From an uncultured Planctomycetaceae bacterium (GTDB lineage: Bacteria; Planctomycetota; Planctomycetia; Pirellulales; Thermoguttaceae): a stretch of DNA of 64,000 nt. Position numbers and translations under genes: made by a program. The notes below the pieces were generated by a model. That model made no database searches, was not told where the DNA came from, and saw only the letters and a list, made by a program, of their open reading frames with translations. Every line of letters begins with the position of its first letter. Position 1 is the first letter of the stretch. Shown here in pieces: positions 47,175-55,746 of this stretch. The stretch is from assembly GCA_963823895.1 (NCBI GenBank), contig CAWGNG010000031.1:148214-212213 (forward strand), written 5' to 3'.

Positions 47175-47549
47175 TCATGCTCGTCGCCATCGTGGACGAC
47201 GGCGCACGCTGGCCAAGTCGATACCTTCCAAGATCAGTGTCAAATCACTCAGTCGAATCTCGATTCCAGCAGGCGACACTGAACCATCCTCCCGCACAGC
47301 CCGTGCCGCTTTCGGTATCTCGAAGGTTCCGCTTTCCAATCGCCTGTACCAAATCACGAGCCCGTCACCCGCGAACCAGAGTACCTTCACGCGATCGCCA
47401 CGCCGATTGAAGAAGAGGAATAGATCGCCCGACTCCACCTGCTGGTGCAGTTCCCGCTCAACAATTCCGACGAGCCCTTCGAAGCTCCGTCTCATGTCCG
47501 TGGGGCCTGCCTTGGCGAAGACACGAAGCGACGTGGGGAGCATCAACAT
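47175..47549 (-). CDS. IS66 family accessory protein TnpB
   Basis: RVFAKAGPTDMRRSFEGLVGIV...GDLFLFFNRRGDRVKVLWFAGDGLVIWYRRLESGTF is the IS66 Orf2 signature. Confidence 0.9.
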   Translation of the reverse strand: MLMLPTSLRVFAKAGPTDMRRSFEGLVGIVERELHQQVESGDLFLFFNRRGDRVKVLWFAGDGLVIWYRRLESGTFEIPKAARAVREDGSVSPAGIEIRLSDLTLILEGIDLASVRRRPRWRRA

Positions 47550-47902
47550 CGTCGCATCCTTCGCGTCGAAGGAGAAGCCGACAGGGCAGTAATCGCCGCG
47601 ACGATCGTCTGCACGTCACACGCCTGGGACCGAAGAAGGACACCACCAGGCCATTGAACTTCCAGGATTCCTGCGAGACTGCCTGGGTCGGTCACGATCT
47701 GCACGGGAACCAGTGGCTCCTTTGCCTCTCCTCGCCGGATTTTTTGCGGGGTACGGCGAAGTCGCCTCTTCCAAGCGTGGAAGGATGCCAAGGACAGCCG
47801 TTCCTTGGCACAGAACCCCACAATGCTCTGCCCACTGGCTTCCTGACGTTCGATCGCCTCCTGCCAACTCCGCCGCCGATCCGCGTTGCTGGTCCCCGCC
47901 AT
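47543..47902 (-). CDS. IS66 family accessory protein TnpA (HTH)
   Basis: RRSWQEAIERQEASGQSIVGFCAKERLSLASFHAWKRRL is the IS66 Orf1 pattern. Overlaps the tnpB start by 7 nt. Confidence 0.8.
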   Translation of the reverse strand: MAGTSNADRRRSWQEAIERQEASGQSIVGFCAKERLSLASFHAWKRRLRRTPQKIRRGEAKEPLVPVQIVTDPGSLAGILEVQWPGGVLLRSQACDVQTIVAAITALSASPSTRRMRRC

Positions 47903-47997
47903 TGCTCGGTCCTCCGAATGTCGCTGATCAAACTGAACCCACGCATTCAGCGTACCACGGGCCGCAAGGCTGGCGATTTATTGACGTTTACGCGGTT

Positions 47998-48909
47998 TTG
48001 GCGTTGGCGGGCTGGGCACAGGCGGGGGCGTTCGACGCGAAAGAGGTTTCGGCCGACGCGAAATGGGCGGCGCATCTCGACGTTGACGGGCTGATGGCCT
48101 CGAATCTGGTGAAGAAGGCCCGCGCCCAATTCTTCAAGGAGCATCCCGATGCCGAGGCGAAACTGACGGCCTTCTGCGACCTGTTCCGCTTCGACCCCAT
48201 GACCTATCTCCACGGCATCACGATCTACGGCACGCAACTCAAGAAAGACACCGGCGTGGCCATCATTCGCGCCAAGGTCGACCAGAAGTTGCTGCTCGAT
48301 CTCGTCAAGACCAGACCCGAGCATGAAACGGCCGAGTATGGCAAGTTCGAATTGCACAGTTGGCGCAAGGACGGCGAGAAGATCGATCACGGCGCGTTCT
48401 TCAAGCCGGACGTGCTCGTCTTGGCGGCCTCGACCGACGAACTGAAGGCCGCGCTCGACGTGCTCGACGGCACGAAGCCGAACATCAGTGAAGCCTACGC
48501 GTCGCTAGCTTCAGCGATTCCGCCGGGCGCGATACTGATCGCGGGGGCAAAGGACTTGGCCGAGGCCAATCTTCACCCCGAGTCGCCGCTGTCGAAGCAG
48601 GCCGATTCGGCCTTGCTGGTCATCGGCGAGAATCAGGGGCAGGTGTTCGTCCGCGGCACGTTGAACGTGAAGGATGCGGAGATTGCCAAGAAAATGAAGG
48701 CGGTGGCCGACGGCGCGTTGGCCCTGGCCAGTTTGGTGAAGAGCGACGACGCCGACGCGCTGAAACTGATCGAGAGCGTGAAGGTGACGCTGGCCGATAA
48801 GTCGATCACGGTCGAAGGGCAAGCGGCCGTCGATCTGCTCTGGGCGCAGCTCCAAAAGGAAGCGGCGAAGAAGAAGGCCCAACACCATCACTCGCACCTG
48901 AGCCATTGA
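47998..48909 (+). CDS. Hypothetical exported protein, 5' end abutting IS66
   Basis: Coding signal runs from about 47980 (..VYAVLALAGWAQAGA/FDAKEV, a signal-peptide-like h-region and AXA site) to the stop at 48909. His-rich tail AQHHHSHLSH. No good start codon precedes the h-region. The first in-frame TTG is at 47998. Confidence 0.5.
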   Translation: MALAGWAQAGAFDAKEVSADAKWAAHLDVDGLMASNLVKKARAQFFKEHPDAEAKLTAFCDLFRFDPMTYLHGITIYGTQLKKDTGVAIIRAKVDQKLLLDLVKTRPEHETAEYGKFELHSWRKDGEKIDHGAFFKPDVLVLAASTDELKAALDVLDGTKPNISEAYASLASAIPPGAILIAGAKDLAEANLHPESPLSKQADSALLVIGENQGQVFVRGTLNVKDAEIAKKMKAVADGALALASLVKSDDADALKLIESVKVTLADKSITVEGQAAVDLLWAQLQKEAAKKKAQHHHSHLSH

Positions 48910-48931
48910 CGCGGAACGAGAGTTCTTCCAA

Positions 48932-49561
48932 GTGTCGTGCAACTTTGCCGAAGACGTGTCGAGCGACGAGGAGCTCGCCTGCCGAGCGCGGCAGGGCTGC
49001 GCGGCGAGTTTCGAGCAACTGCTGCGGCGATTCCAAACCCCGCTGCTGCACTTTTTGCGGCGGCGGGGTTTTTCGGCCGATGCCGAAGACCTGACGCAGG
49101 AGACTTTTCTCCGCGCCTACGAAAATCTGCACCGCTACAATCGCCGCTGGGCGTTTTCCACCTGGCTGTTCACGATCGCGCGGCGAACGAGCCTGAACCA
49201 TCGCCGCCGCACGCGGCCGACGGCCGACACCCGCATGATCGAAGCGGCCCTGGCGGCCTCGCCCGCGCCGCTGGAGACTATGGTCGCCGCCGAGAGCCGC
49301 CGCCGCCTCTGGGATCGGGCGGCCGCGGTCCTTTCCGAGGAGCAGACAACCGCACTGTGGCTGCACTACGTCGAGGAGATGCCTGCGGGGGAAATAGCCC
49401 GCGTGTTGGGTCGATCGTGGGCGTCGGTCAAAGTCCTGTTGTTCCGCGCCCGCAAGCGGCTGTCGCCGCTGTTGGCCGAGTTCGCTCCCGAGAGCGCTCG
49501 TGTCGGCCGCAGCGCGCGAAAGAACCCGGTTATCGAGGAGTTGGAGGCGCCCCATGTCTAA
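48932..49561 (+). CDS. ECF-type RNA polymerase sigma-70 factor
   Basis: Region 2 DAEDLTQETFLRAYENLHRY...FSTWLFTIARR and region 4 LSEEQTTALWLHYVEEMPAGEIARVLGRSWASVKVLLFRARKRL. Confidence 0.85.
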   Translation: MSCNFAEDVSSDEELACRARQGCAASFEQLLRRFQTPLLHFLRRRGFSADAEDLTQETFLRAYENLHRYNRRWAFSTWLFTIARRTSLNHRRRTRPTADTRMIEAALAASPAPLETMVAAESRRRLWDRAAAVLSEEQTTALWLHYVEEMPAGEIARVLGRSWASVKVLLFRARKRLSPLLAEFAPESARVGRSARKNPVIEELEAPHV

Positions 49562-50042
49562 TCAACGTCGATCGAAGGAAGAACAATTGCTGGCCGAGCG
49601 GTTGCGGCGCGAGGCGATCGAGACCCGCCCGGTGTTTTCCGAATCGCTCCACCACCGCATCCTCTCGGCCGTCCGCAAGCGGCAGGCGGCCGAAACGAGC
49701 ACAGCCGCCCGGCCGACGGTCTCCCGCCGCTGCCTGCGCGTTGCGGCGGCGGCATTGGCCGCGGCCTGCCTGCTGGGTGCCGTGGCGATCGGCTTGCAAC
49801 TCATGGTGAACGCTTCACGGCAGAGCCGCGTCGATAAGATGCAGCAGGTCGCCGGTCCGTCGGTCGCCGAATTGCCCTCGATCCGCAACTTGACCGATCC
49901 CACCATCGGCCGTTTCGACCGCTTCAGCGTTGCGGCCGCCTTGGAGCCGCAGACGACTCCGCTGAAACACGACGCCCGTGCGGTCGCCGGCGTTTTTCTC
50001 GATCGCCTGCCGGTCAATGTGGACGTGGCCAACAACCGGTAG
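49554..50042 (+). CDS. Putative anti-sigma factor (single-pass membrane protein)
   Basis: ATG overlaps the sigma gene stop (ATGTCTAA). N-terminal cytoplasmic segment, then TM LRVAAAALAAACLLGAVAIGL. Function inferred from position. Confidence 0.55.
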   Translation: MSNQRRSKEEQLLAERLRREAIETRPVFSESLHHRILSAVRKRQAAETSTAARPTVSRRCLRVAAAALAAACLLGAVAIGLQLMVNASRQSRVDKMQQVAGPSVAELPSIRNLTDPTIGRFDRFSVAAALEPQTTPLKHDARAVAGVFLDRLPVNVDVANNR

Positions 50043-50081
50043 CCGGCGTTTCTCACCAAGGTGAGGCGGACATTGCTGCGA

Positions 50082-50152
50082 GGTGGGGCAGACATTCCTG
50101 TCTGCCGCAAGATAGGGCGGCACATCTGGCAGACAGGAATGTCTGCCCCACC
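50082..50152. repeat. Double-hairpin repeat, family B
   Basis: GGTGGGGCAGACATTCCTGTCTGCC ... GGCAGACAGGAATGTCTGCCCCACC. Confidence 0.85.
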
Positions 50153-50215
50153 GGACACAATGTCGCACGTTTTTCCCGTGGGTGAGAAGTGTGCGGTAGC
50201 TTCTCCCTCGCCAGG

Positions 50216-50887
50216 TCACTGGCGGAGATAGTCGGCTTCGAGCTGGTAGGGGATTCCGCCGGTGTTGTTGCGATCGATGCGGAAATGGCCGGCCACGCCG
50301 ACCTGATGCGGCACGTAGGTGGCTTCCAGATCGCCCTGTAAAATGACCTTCACCTTCTCCGTCGGCCGCGGACTGGGGGTGCAGAAGGGACAGTCGCCGT
50401 TGGTGGGACAGAGAATGAACTCCTTGATGCCCGTCATCGTCCGCCGCAACTGCATGTAGCCCTGCATGTAGACCTTGCGGTCGACCATGTCGATCGCGGC
50501 CTGCGGAATCGGCTCGGTCGGCTTCATCGGGTCGGGCTGAAGCATCGCGTAGGTGATCCGGTCGTAGCCGTAGGGGATCTCGCTGGCGCGGACGACGGTC
50601 AGAAAGATGCAGCCGGAGAGCCACAACAACGCCGACAGCAGAACGCCGGCAATCACGAACGGCTTGCCGGTCCACTCTTCGGGCGCTTTGCGAATCTGCT
50701 TCCAGGCGACCCAGCCGACGATAAGCCCCGCCAGTGGCACCACCGCAAAGGCCCAGTGCAGCCAGGCGAGGATCGACAACGCCCCGAGAACCACGCTGGT
50801 GAAAGCCAGCGGATTGAGGGCCCGATAGCGCGTCGCCGGCGGCGGTGGAGGAGGGCTCGTCGAGTTGGAATCAAATATCGAAGACAT
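50216..50887 (-). CDS. Membrane protein with DUF3299-like C-terminal domain, last gene of the ABC operon
   Basis: Two TM helices, then VYMQGYMQL...EFILCPTNGDCPFCTPSPRPTEKVKV, which resembles the DUF3299 pattern often found next to MacB-type ABC systems. Start at the ATG at 50887 (MSSIFDS). Confidence 0.55.
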   Translation of the reverse strand: MSSIFDSNSTSPPPPPPATRYRALNPLAFTSVVLGALSILAWLHWAFAVVPLAGLIVGWVAWKQIRKAPEEWTGKPFVIAGVLLSALLWLSGCIFLTVVRASEIPYGYDRITYAMLQPDPMKPTEPIPQAAIDMVDRKVYMQGYMQLRRTMTGIKEFILCPTNGDCPFCTPSPRPTEKVKVILQGDLEATYVPHQVGVAGHFRIDRNNTGGIPYQLEADYLRQ

Positions 50888-50908
50888 TGGAAAAAACGCA
50901 AGGCCGCG

Positions 50909-51052
50909 CACATTCCGCGGGCCGTTGGCCCCCGGCTATTCGCTTACACCTCGTTACGCCACACACATTCCGGGAGCCGTTGGCTCCCGGGCTATTCTCT
51001 AATTCCTCATCCCGCCACACACATTCCGGGAGCCGTTGGCTCCCGGCTATTT
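50909..51052. repeat. Three tandem copies of the family F hairpin unit
   Basis: CACATTCCG(C/G)G(G/A)GCCGTTGGC(C/T)CCCGG(G)CTATT repeated with about 55-nt period. Confidence 0.8.
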
Positions 51053-51060
51053 CACTATTT

Positions 51061-51090
51061 ACTAACCACTAACCACTAGCCACTGACCCC
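51061..51090. repeat. 7-nt-period repeat ACTAACC ACTAACC ACTAGCC ACTGACC
   Basis: Directly adjoins the ABC permease stop (51095-51097). Carries stop triplets in every frame on both strands. Confidence 0.7.
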
Positions 51091-51094
51091 TTCC

Positions 51095-52360
51095 TCACGG
51101 CGTGGTAATCAACGACTTCGCCACGTCGGTGCGATAGGCCGACATGGCGGGCAGATATCCGACGGCCGACGCCAACAGTACCAAGCCGAAAATCAACCAG
51201 AACTCGCTCCACTGGAACTGGAGCAGCCCGATGACCACGCCGGTCCAATCGGCAATGATCGGCGAGCAGAGCCAGATGGCGCCGTGGCCGAGCAACAGGC
51301 CCATCGCGCCGCCCAGCAGCGAGAGCAGGATCGATTCCATCAGGATAATGAGCATGACGGTGAATCGGCTGGCGCCCAGCGCGCGCATGACGGCGATTTC
51401 GTGCCGGCGGTCGCTCATCGAGTTGTAGATGCTGACCATGATGCCGATGCCGGCGACGATCACGGTCACCACCGCCATTCCCAGCAAGATCCATTGCAAC
51501 TTGCCGATGACGTTCTCGAACAATTCGGTAATCACCTTCAGCGGCGCGACGGCCTGCGCTACCTTCGTGTTGTTGATCAGCTTCGACATCACGTCGGTCA
51601 TTCCGCGGTCGGCGTCCTCTTTGTGGATGCAGACCAGCACGGCGGTGATCTCCTTTGGCTCGTCGGCGTGGCCGGCGTGTTCGTCATGACGGCCGTGTTC
51701 CTCCTCCGCTGAAGCATCTTCATGGTGGTGGATTTCCTGAAAGCCGAGCATGTTGACGAACACGGCGCGATCGACCGGCGTGCCGGTGGGTTCCAAAACG
51801 CCAACGACCTCGAATCCCTCATCATGGACGTGGGCGCCGGTGCCCGATCCGTGGGTAATTTTGATCGTTTCGCCGACGTGCGTGCTGGTTTTCGAGGCGG
51901 CGATGGCCCCCAGCACGGCCTCGAAGTGGTTGGCCACCTTGAAATTCCGCCCCTCGGCGAATCGGTACTTCTCGTCGCCGCGATATTTCAGCTCGAAGAT
52001 ATCGGGCACGGTGCCGACCACGCGGAAACTCTGATAGGTATGGCCCATGCAGACCGGGATGAGCGTTTCCACGGGGCCGTATTTTCCGTCCGACAGTTCA
52101 TCATAGAAATTGTAAGGGATGTTGCCGATCGGCTCGCTGAGATAGAAGACGGTGTTCAGGACGAGTTGCTCTCTTCCCCCCTTGGCGCCGACGATCAGAT
52201 CGTACCCCTCGCCGCCACGGTGGAAGGATTGATCGACCACGCCGTAGACGACTAGCACCGCCACAACCAGCGCGACGCCCAGGCCCATCGACAAAACGGT
52301 CAGCGTCGAGACCAGCGAGCGTTGCCGGATGCTGCGCCAAGCTACTTTCCAGAGACTCAT
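51095..52360 (-). CDS. ABC transporter permease (FtsX/MacB-type)
   Basis: 421 aa. MSLWKVAWRSIRQRSLVSTLTVLSMGLGVALVV (N-terminal TM), a large periplasmic loop, and a C-terminal FtsX-like 3-TM bundle with AVMRALGASR. Confidence 0.85.
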   Translation of the reverse strand: MSLWKVAWRSIRQRSLVSTLTVLSMGLGVALVVAVLVVYGVVDQSFHRGGEGYDLIVGAKGGREQLVLNTVFYLSEPIGNIPYNFYDELSDGKYGPVETLIPVCMGHTYQSFRVVGTVPDIFELKYRGDEKYRFAEGRNFKVANHFEAVLGAIAASKTSTHVGETIKITHGSGTGAHVHDEGFEVVGVLEPTGTPVDRAVFVNMLGFQEIHHHEDASAEEEHGRHDEHAGHADEPKEITAVLVCIHKEDADRGMTDVMSKLINNTKVAQAVAPLKVITELFENVIGKLQWILLGMAVVTVIVAGIGIMVSIYNSMSDRRHEIAVMRALGASRFTVMLIILMESILLSLLGGAMGLLLGHGAIWLCSPIIADWTGVVIGLLQFQWSEFWLIFGLVLLASAVGYLPAMSAYRTDVAKSLITTP

Positions 52361-52400
52361 GGGGGAAGGGACTAGGGGTCAGGGGTCAGGGATTGGGGAA
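52361..52400 (-). repeat. 7-nt-period stop-bearing repeat abutting the permease ATG
   Basis: Minus strand reads CCAATCC CTGACCC CTGACCC CTAGTCC CTTCCCCC ATG. TGA, TGA and TAG at 7-nt spacing cover all three frames. Confidence 0.7.
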
Positions 52401-52610
52401 ATGATGAATGATGAGTGATGAATGATGAATGCACCGGATATGCTCGGCCCTCGCACCCGACTATTCATCACTCATCATTCATCACTCATCATTCATCACT
52501 CATCATTCATCACTCATCATTCATCACTCATCATTCATCACTCATCATTCATCACTCATCATTCATCACTCATCATTCATCACTCATCATTCATCACTCA
52601 TCATTCATCA
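52401..52610. repeat. 14-bp minisatellite (ATTCATCACTCATC x10.6) with a 31-nt inverted arm
   Basis: Units start at 52463, 52477 ... 52603. The inverted arm ATGATGAATGATGAGTGATGAATGATGAATG is at 52401-52431, followed by a 31-nt spacer. The ATPase stop codon and last three codons are built from the final unit. Confidence 0.9.
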
Positions 52611-53293
52611 TTCGTCTGTTTCGTCACTTGTCCTACTACCAAATTGAACTCTTCGAGTTTATCCATGCGGGGGAACTGCTGGGCGACCTCGTTCGAGTGG
52701 GTGACGATGATCAAGGCGACGTTCTCCTCGCCGCACGTTTCGCGCATCAGGTCGAGGATCTGCTGCTGATGGCCGGCGTCGACATTGGCGGTCGGCTCGT
52801 CGGCCAGCAGGAGCTGCGGCTTGTTGGCCAGCGCTCGGGCCACCGCCACCCGCTGCTGCTCGCCGACCGAGAGCTGCGCCGGGCGATGGGTCATGCGATG
52901 GCTGAGCCCCACGCGATCCAGCAGATGCCGGCCGCGGGCCTTGTCCATCCGCCCCCGCGCGAACCGCATCGACAGCAGCACGTTCTCCAGGGCCGTGAAG
53001 CCGGCCAGCAGGTTGAAAGTTTGGAATACGTAGCCGATCCGCTCCGCGCGAAAGCGGTCGCATTCCGACTCGGGCATCAGGGTGATATCCCAGTCGTCGA
53101 TGCGGACCTTGCCCGCATCGGGACGGCTGATGCCGGCGATGACGTGCAGCAGCGTGGTCTTGCCGCAACCGCTGCGGCCGACCATCACCATCTGTTCTCC
53201 GGCGGCGACGCGAAACTCGGGAATATCGAGCACCGGCAGCGCCGTGCCGTCAGGCTGCCGGAATCCTTTCTTAATGTCTTTCAGCAGCAGCAT
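52601..53293 (-). CDS. ABC transporter ATP-binding protein (MacB/LolD-type)
   Basis: Walker A GRSGCGKTT, Q-loop FQTFNL, signature LSVGEQQRVAVARAL, Walker B LLLADEPT, H-loop VTHS. Confidence 0.9.
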   Translation of the reverse strand: MLLLKDIKKGFRQPDGTALPVLDIPEFRVAAGEQMVMVGRSGCGKTTLLHVIAGISRPDAGKVRIDDWDITLMPESECDRFRAERIGYVFQTFNLLAGFTALENVLLSMRFARGRMDKARGRHLLDRVGLSHRMTHRPAQLSVGEQQRVAVARALANKPQLLLADEPTANVDAGHQQQILDLMRETCGEENVALIIVTHSNEVAQQFPRMDKLEEFNLVVGQVTKQTNDE

Positions 53294-53425
53294 TATGGAG
53301 ATCGCTTCCTCCGCGAGGGACGTCGGTTCGGGGCGGGCAGGCCGACGGGGGCCATAGTTAATAGTATCACACAGTCGCCGCGATGTCTCTTACGCTGTCG
53401 CCGGTCGAGGGGTTCGTTCCTTCCG

Positions 53426-53830
53426 CTATTTCCGCCGCATCATCATCCGTTGGATGTCGCGTTTGGCTTGGGCGGCTTTCATCGCCTGACGCTTGTCGTG
53501 CTGTTGCTTACCGCGGCAAATCCCGAGAACGACCTTCGCCAGCCCCCGCCGGAAGTGCATTTCCAAGGGGACCAAGGTGAGGCCCTTTTCGTAGGCGCGA
53601 TGGGCGAAGCGTTTCACCTCGCGGCGGTGCAGCAAGAGCTTGCGGGGCCGTTTCGGATTGTGGTTGAACCGGTTCGCCTCGGCATATTCGGCAATGTCGC
53701 AGCCGACCAGCCACACCTCATCCCCCTTGACCCGCGCGTAAGCCTCTTCGAGCGACACGTGGCCGTGGCGGAGGCTCTTCACCTCGCTGCCCACCAACAC
53801 GATGCCGCATTCGAGCGAGTCGAGCACCAT
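53426..53830 (-). CDS. smpB: SsrA-binding protein SmpB (5' end unresolved; homology extends to about 53923)
   Basis: GIVLVGSEVKSLR, EAY, NHNPKRPRKLLLHRREV and LTLVPLEMHF are SmpB motifs. The ATG at 53830 would delete the conserved ISQNRKARHNY segment, which is encoded in frame upstream. Confidence 0.85.
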   Translation of the reverse strand: MVLDSLECGIVLVGSEVKSLRHGHVSLEEAYARVKGDEVWLVGCDIAEYAEANRFNHNPKRPRKLLLHRREVKRFAHRAYEKGLTLVPLEMHFRRGLAKVVLGICRGKQQHDKRQAMKAAQAKRDIQRMMMRRK

Positions 53831-53996
53831 GTAGTTGTGCCGGGCCTTGCGGTTCTGCGAGATGACCTTGTCGCTGGTCGCCGAGGCGTCGTCGGCCTTT
53901 TTCTTCGATTGTGATTTGCCCGTGGCGGCACCCTCGCTGGAGTCTGTCGATGCGGCAGTGACGGCAGGCTAGCAGTCCGACACACCTAATTTGTCA

Positions 53997-54057
53997 CGTA
54001 GGACGGATTTCTGAATCCGTCCAGTTTCGCGGGACGGATTCGGAAATCCGTCTTACG
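53997..54057. repeat. Double-hairpin repeat, family H
   Basis: CGTAGGACGGATTTCTGAATCCGTCC ... GGACGGATTCGGAAATCCGTCTTACG. Confidence 0.8.
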
Positions 54058-54550
54058 CCAGCTACCAGCCGTTCGCCGGAAGTACATCAAAACACGGCAG
54101 TTACGTCTGTGGGGCCATTGTACTTCACGCGATCCGTGAAGACAATGCTCGCGCGAGTTCCCAGACTGGCCCGTTGCTCCCAATGGGACCGCAGGAGCCG
54201 AACTCCCGTCGCCGATGGTGCGTATTTCGGGCATGTCTCGGTGATTGGAGTCACCTCCGACAGGGACGAAACCGATCGGCCTGGGGCCTGCCTCTCGGAA
54301 CTTGGGAAGATTGCCGGAATTTTCTATGAAAATTCCTGGCAGGGCTTGACCGACGCTTGCCGCGGTCCGAAAATGGGCTGTTGAAGCCGGCCGATTCCGT
54401 CGGCTGGCTGGCTTGGCCCGTAAGAAGGCCCGGCGCGAATAGACACCCTTGGGCCCGAATCCCCGCCCGGGTCGGTAGTAGCTTTCCCACGAACAGGGAG
54501 TTACCACCGCACGGCGAAATCGATCGGAATCGATGCGGAAGGAGAACACG

Positions 54551-55688
54551 ATGAGATTCGGCAAAACGGTGTCGGTCGAAGAGCTTCAAGCGGTCAGCCG
54601 CTTCGAGAATTTGCGGCGGACCCTCCTCTCCGATGAGTATTCGGACCATCTCGACAAGCCGCTGGCCTATTGGGCATTGCCGGCGGATCGCCGCCTGCCG
54701 TTGGCGCTGCTGGGGCGGACGCTCGGCAACATTCTGAACACCGCCTTCGTCGATCTGTCGGCCACGCCCGGCATCGGACGAAAGAAGATCAGCTCCTTGG
54801 TGCTATTGCTGGCCCGGGCGGCCAACACCGATCCCGCCGAATTGCCGATCGACGTTCTCAACATCGAAGACGGCCAGCCGCGTCAAGCCGACGGCGTGGA
54901 CGCCCGACTGAGCGTCAACGGTTTCGATCCGGCGGCGGTTTCCGAGGTCGCTTGGTCGCAGTGGCGTGCGAGCGTCGTCCGCCACGGTCTCTCGGGCGAG
55001 ACCCTCGGGCGCTTCGCCCCCAGCCTGCAAACCATGACCCGCGTCGTCTGGAACACCCCGCTGGGGGTCTATACAAGTTCCACCTTGGCCGAAATCCGCG
55101 CGATGAAGACGCACGGCGAGAAACGGGTGGCCGCCATCCTCGAGGTGTTTCACGTCGTCCACACGATTGTGGCTGGCATGGGCGCGCGCGATCATCTCGC
55201 CGTGCGGATCGTGCCACGCTCGATCGATCGCGTCGAGCAGTGGATCGGCCGGGCGTTGCAACAGCCGGGCGTTCCCAGCCGGCAGGAACTCTTCTCCGAC
55301 TTCGTCGAGCCGCTGCTCGAGCAGATCCGCATCGACTCGCCGCAACAGGTCTATTCGATGGCGGAAACCCGTTTGGGCGTCAACGGACCGTTGACGAGCG
55401 TTCGCCAGGTGGCGCGGACGATGGGACTTACCCGCGCGGGTGTACCAACTGCTCAACGAGATCAACGACATCATGATGGTCCGCTGGCCGACGGGGCGAC
55501 ACCAGGTGCATGAGTTGCGCGAGAAGTACGCCGCCGAGACGGCCGATATCGAGGGCGCTCCCGACCTGCGGCAGTTCCATGCGGCGGTCGAGCTCTTCTA
55601 TCCCGGCAGCCGCCGCGGCGCCGCCGGCCCGCTGGAACGCACGTTCGACGCCTTCGAGCAAGAGGACGAACTGCTGGAAGTGTCGTAG
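54551..55688 (+). CDS. Hypothetical protein with C-terminal sigma-70 region-4-like HTH (frameshifted near 55438)
   Basis: ATG at 54551 follows GGAAGGAG. SVRQVARTMGLTRA | VYQLLNEINDIMMVRW joins ORFs 54533-55513 and 55440-55688 across a G run. Confidence 0.55.
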
Positions 55689-55746
55689 ACGGCTTTGCAG
55701 GCGACTAGGACTGCCGCCTCTTGGGCTGCGGCTGGATTGTGATATC

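Larger units (their letters stand above)
45350..47960 (-). mobile_element. IS66-family insertion sequence (tnpA-tnpB-tnpC); ends approximate
   Basis: Canonical three-gene IS66 organisation with overlapping and adjacent ORFs. I could not identify the terminal inverted repeats unambiguously. Confidence 0.7.

Noticed and set aside
52463-52610. Possible CRISPR array (also considered for 50909-51052)
   Set aside because: The repeats are contiguous with no unique spacers (14-bp perfect tandem units, or 55-nt units with conserved linkers). No cas genes are nearby.
52415-53914. 499-aa plus-strand ORF beginning in the HHSSLI repeat
   Set aside because: Its start is a translation of the 14-bp minisatellite, and the rest is antisense to the ABC ATPase and smpB.
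53990-54530. tmRNA (ssrA) gene next to smpB
   Set aside because: No GGGG...tRNA-like 5' end, no GGUUCGAUUCC-type T arm or ...CCACCA 3' end, and no tag-reading-frame pattern on either strand. The region contains a family H repeat instead.
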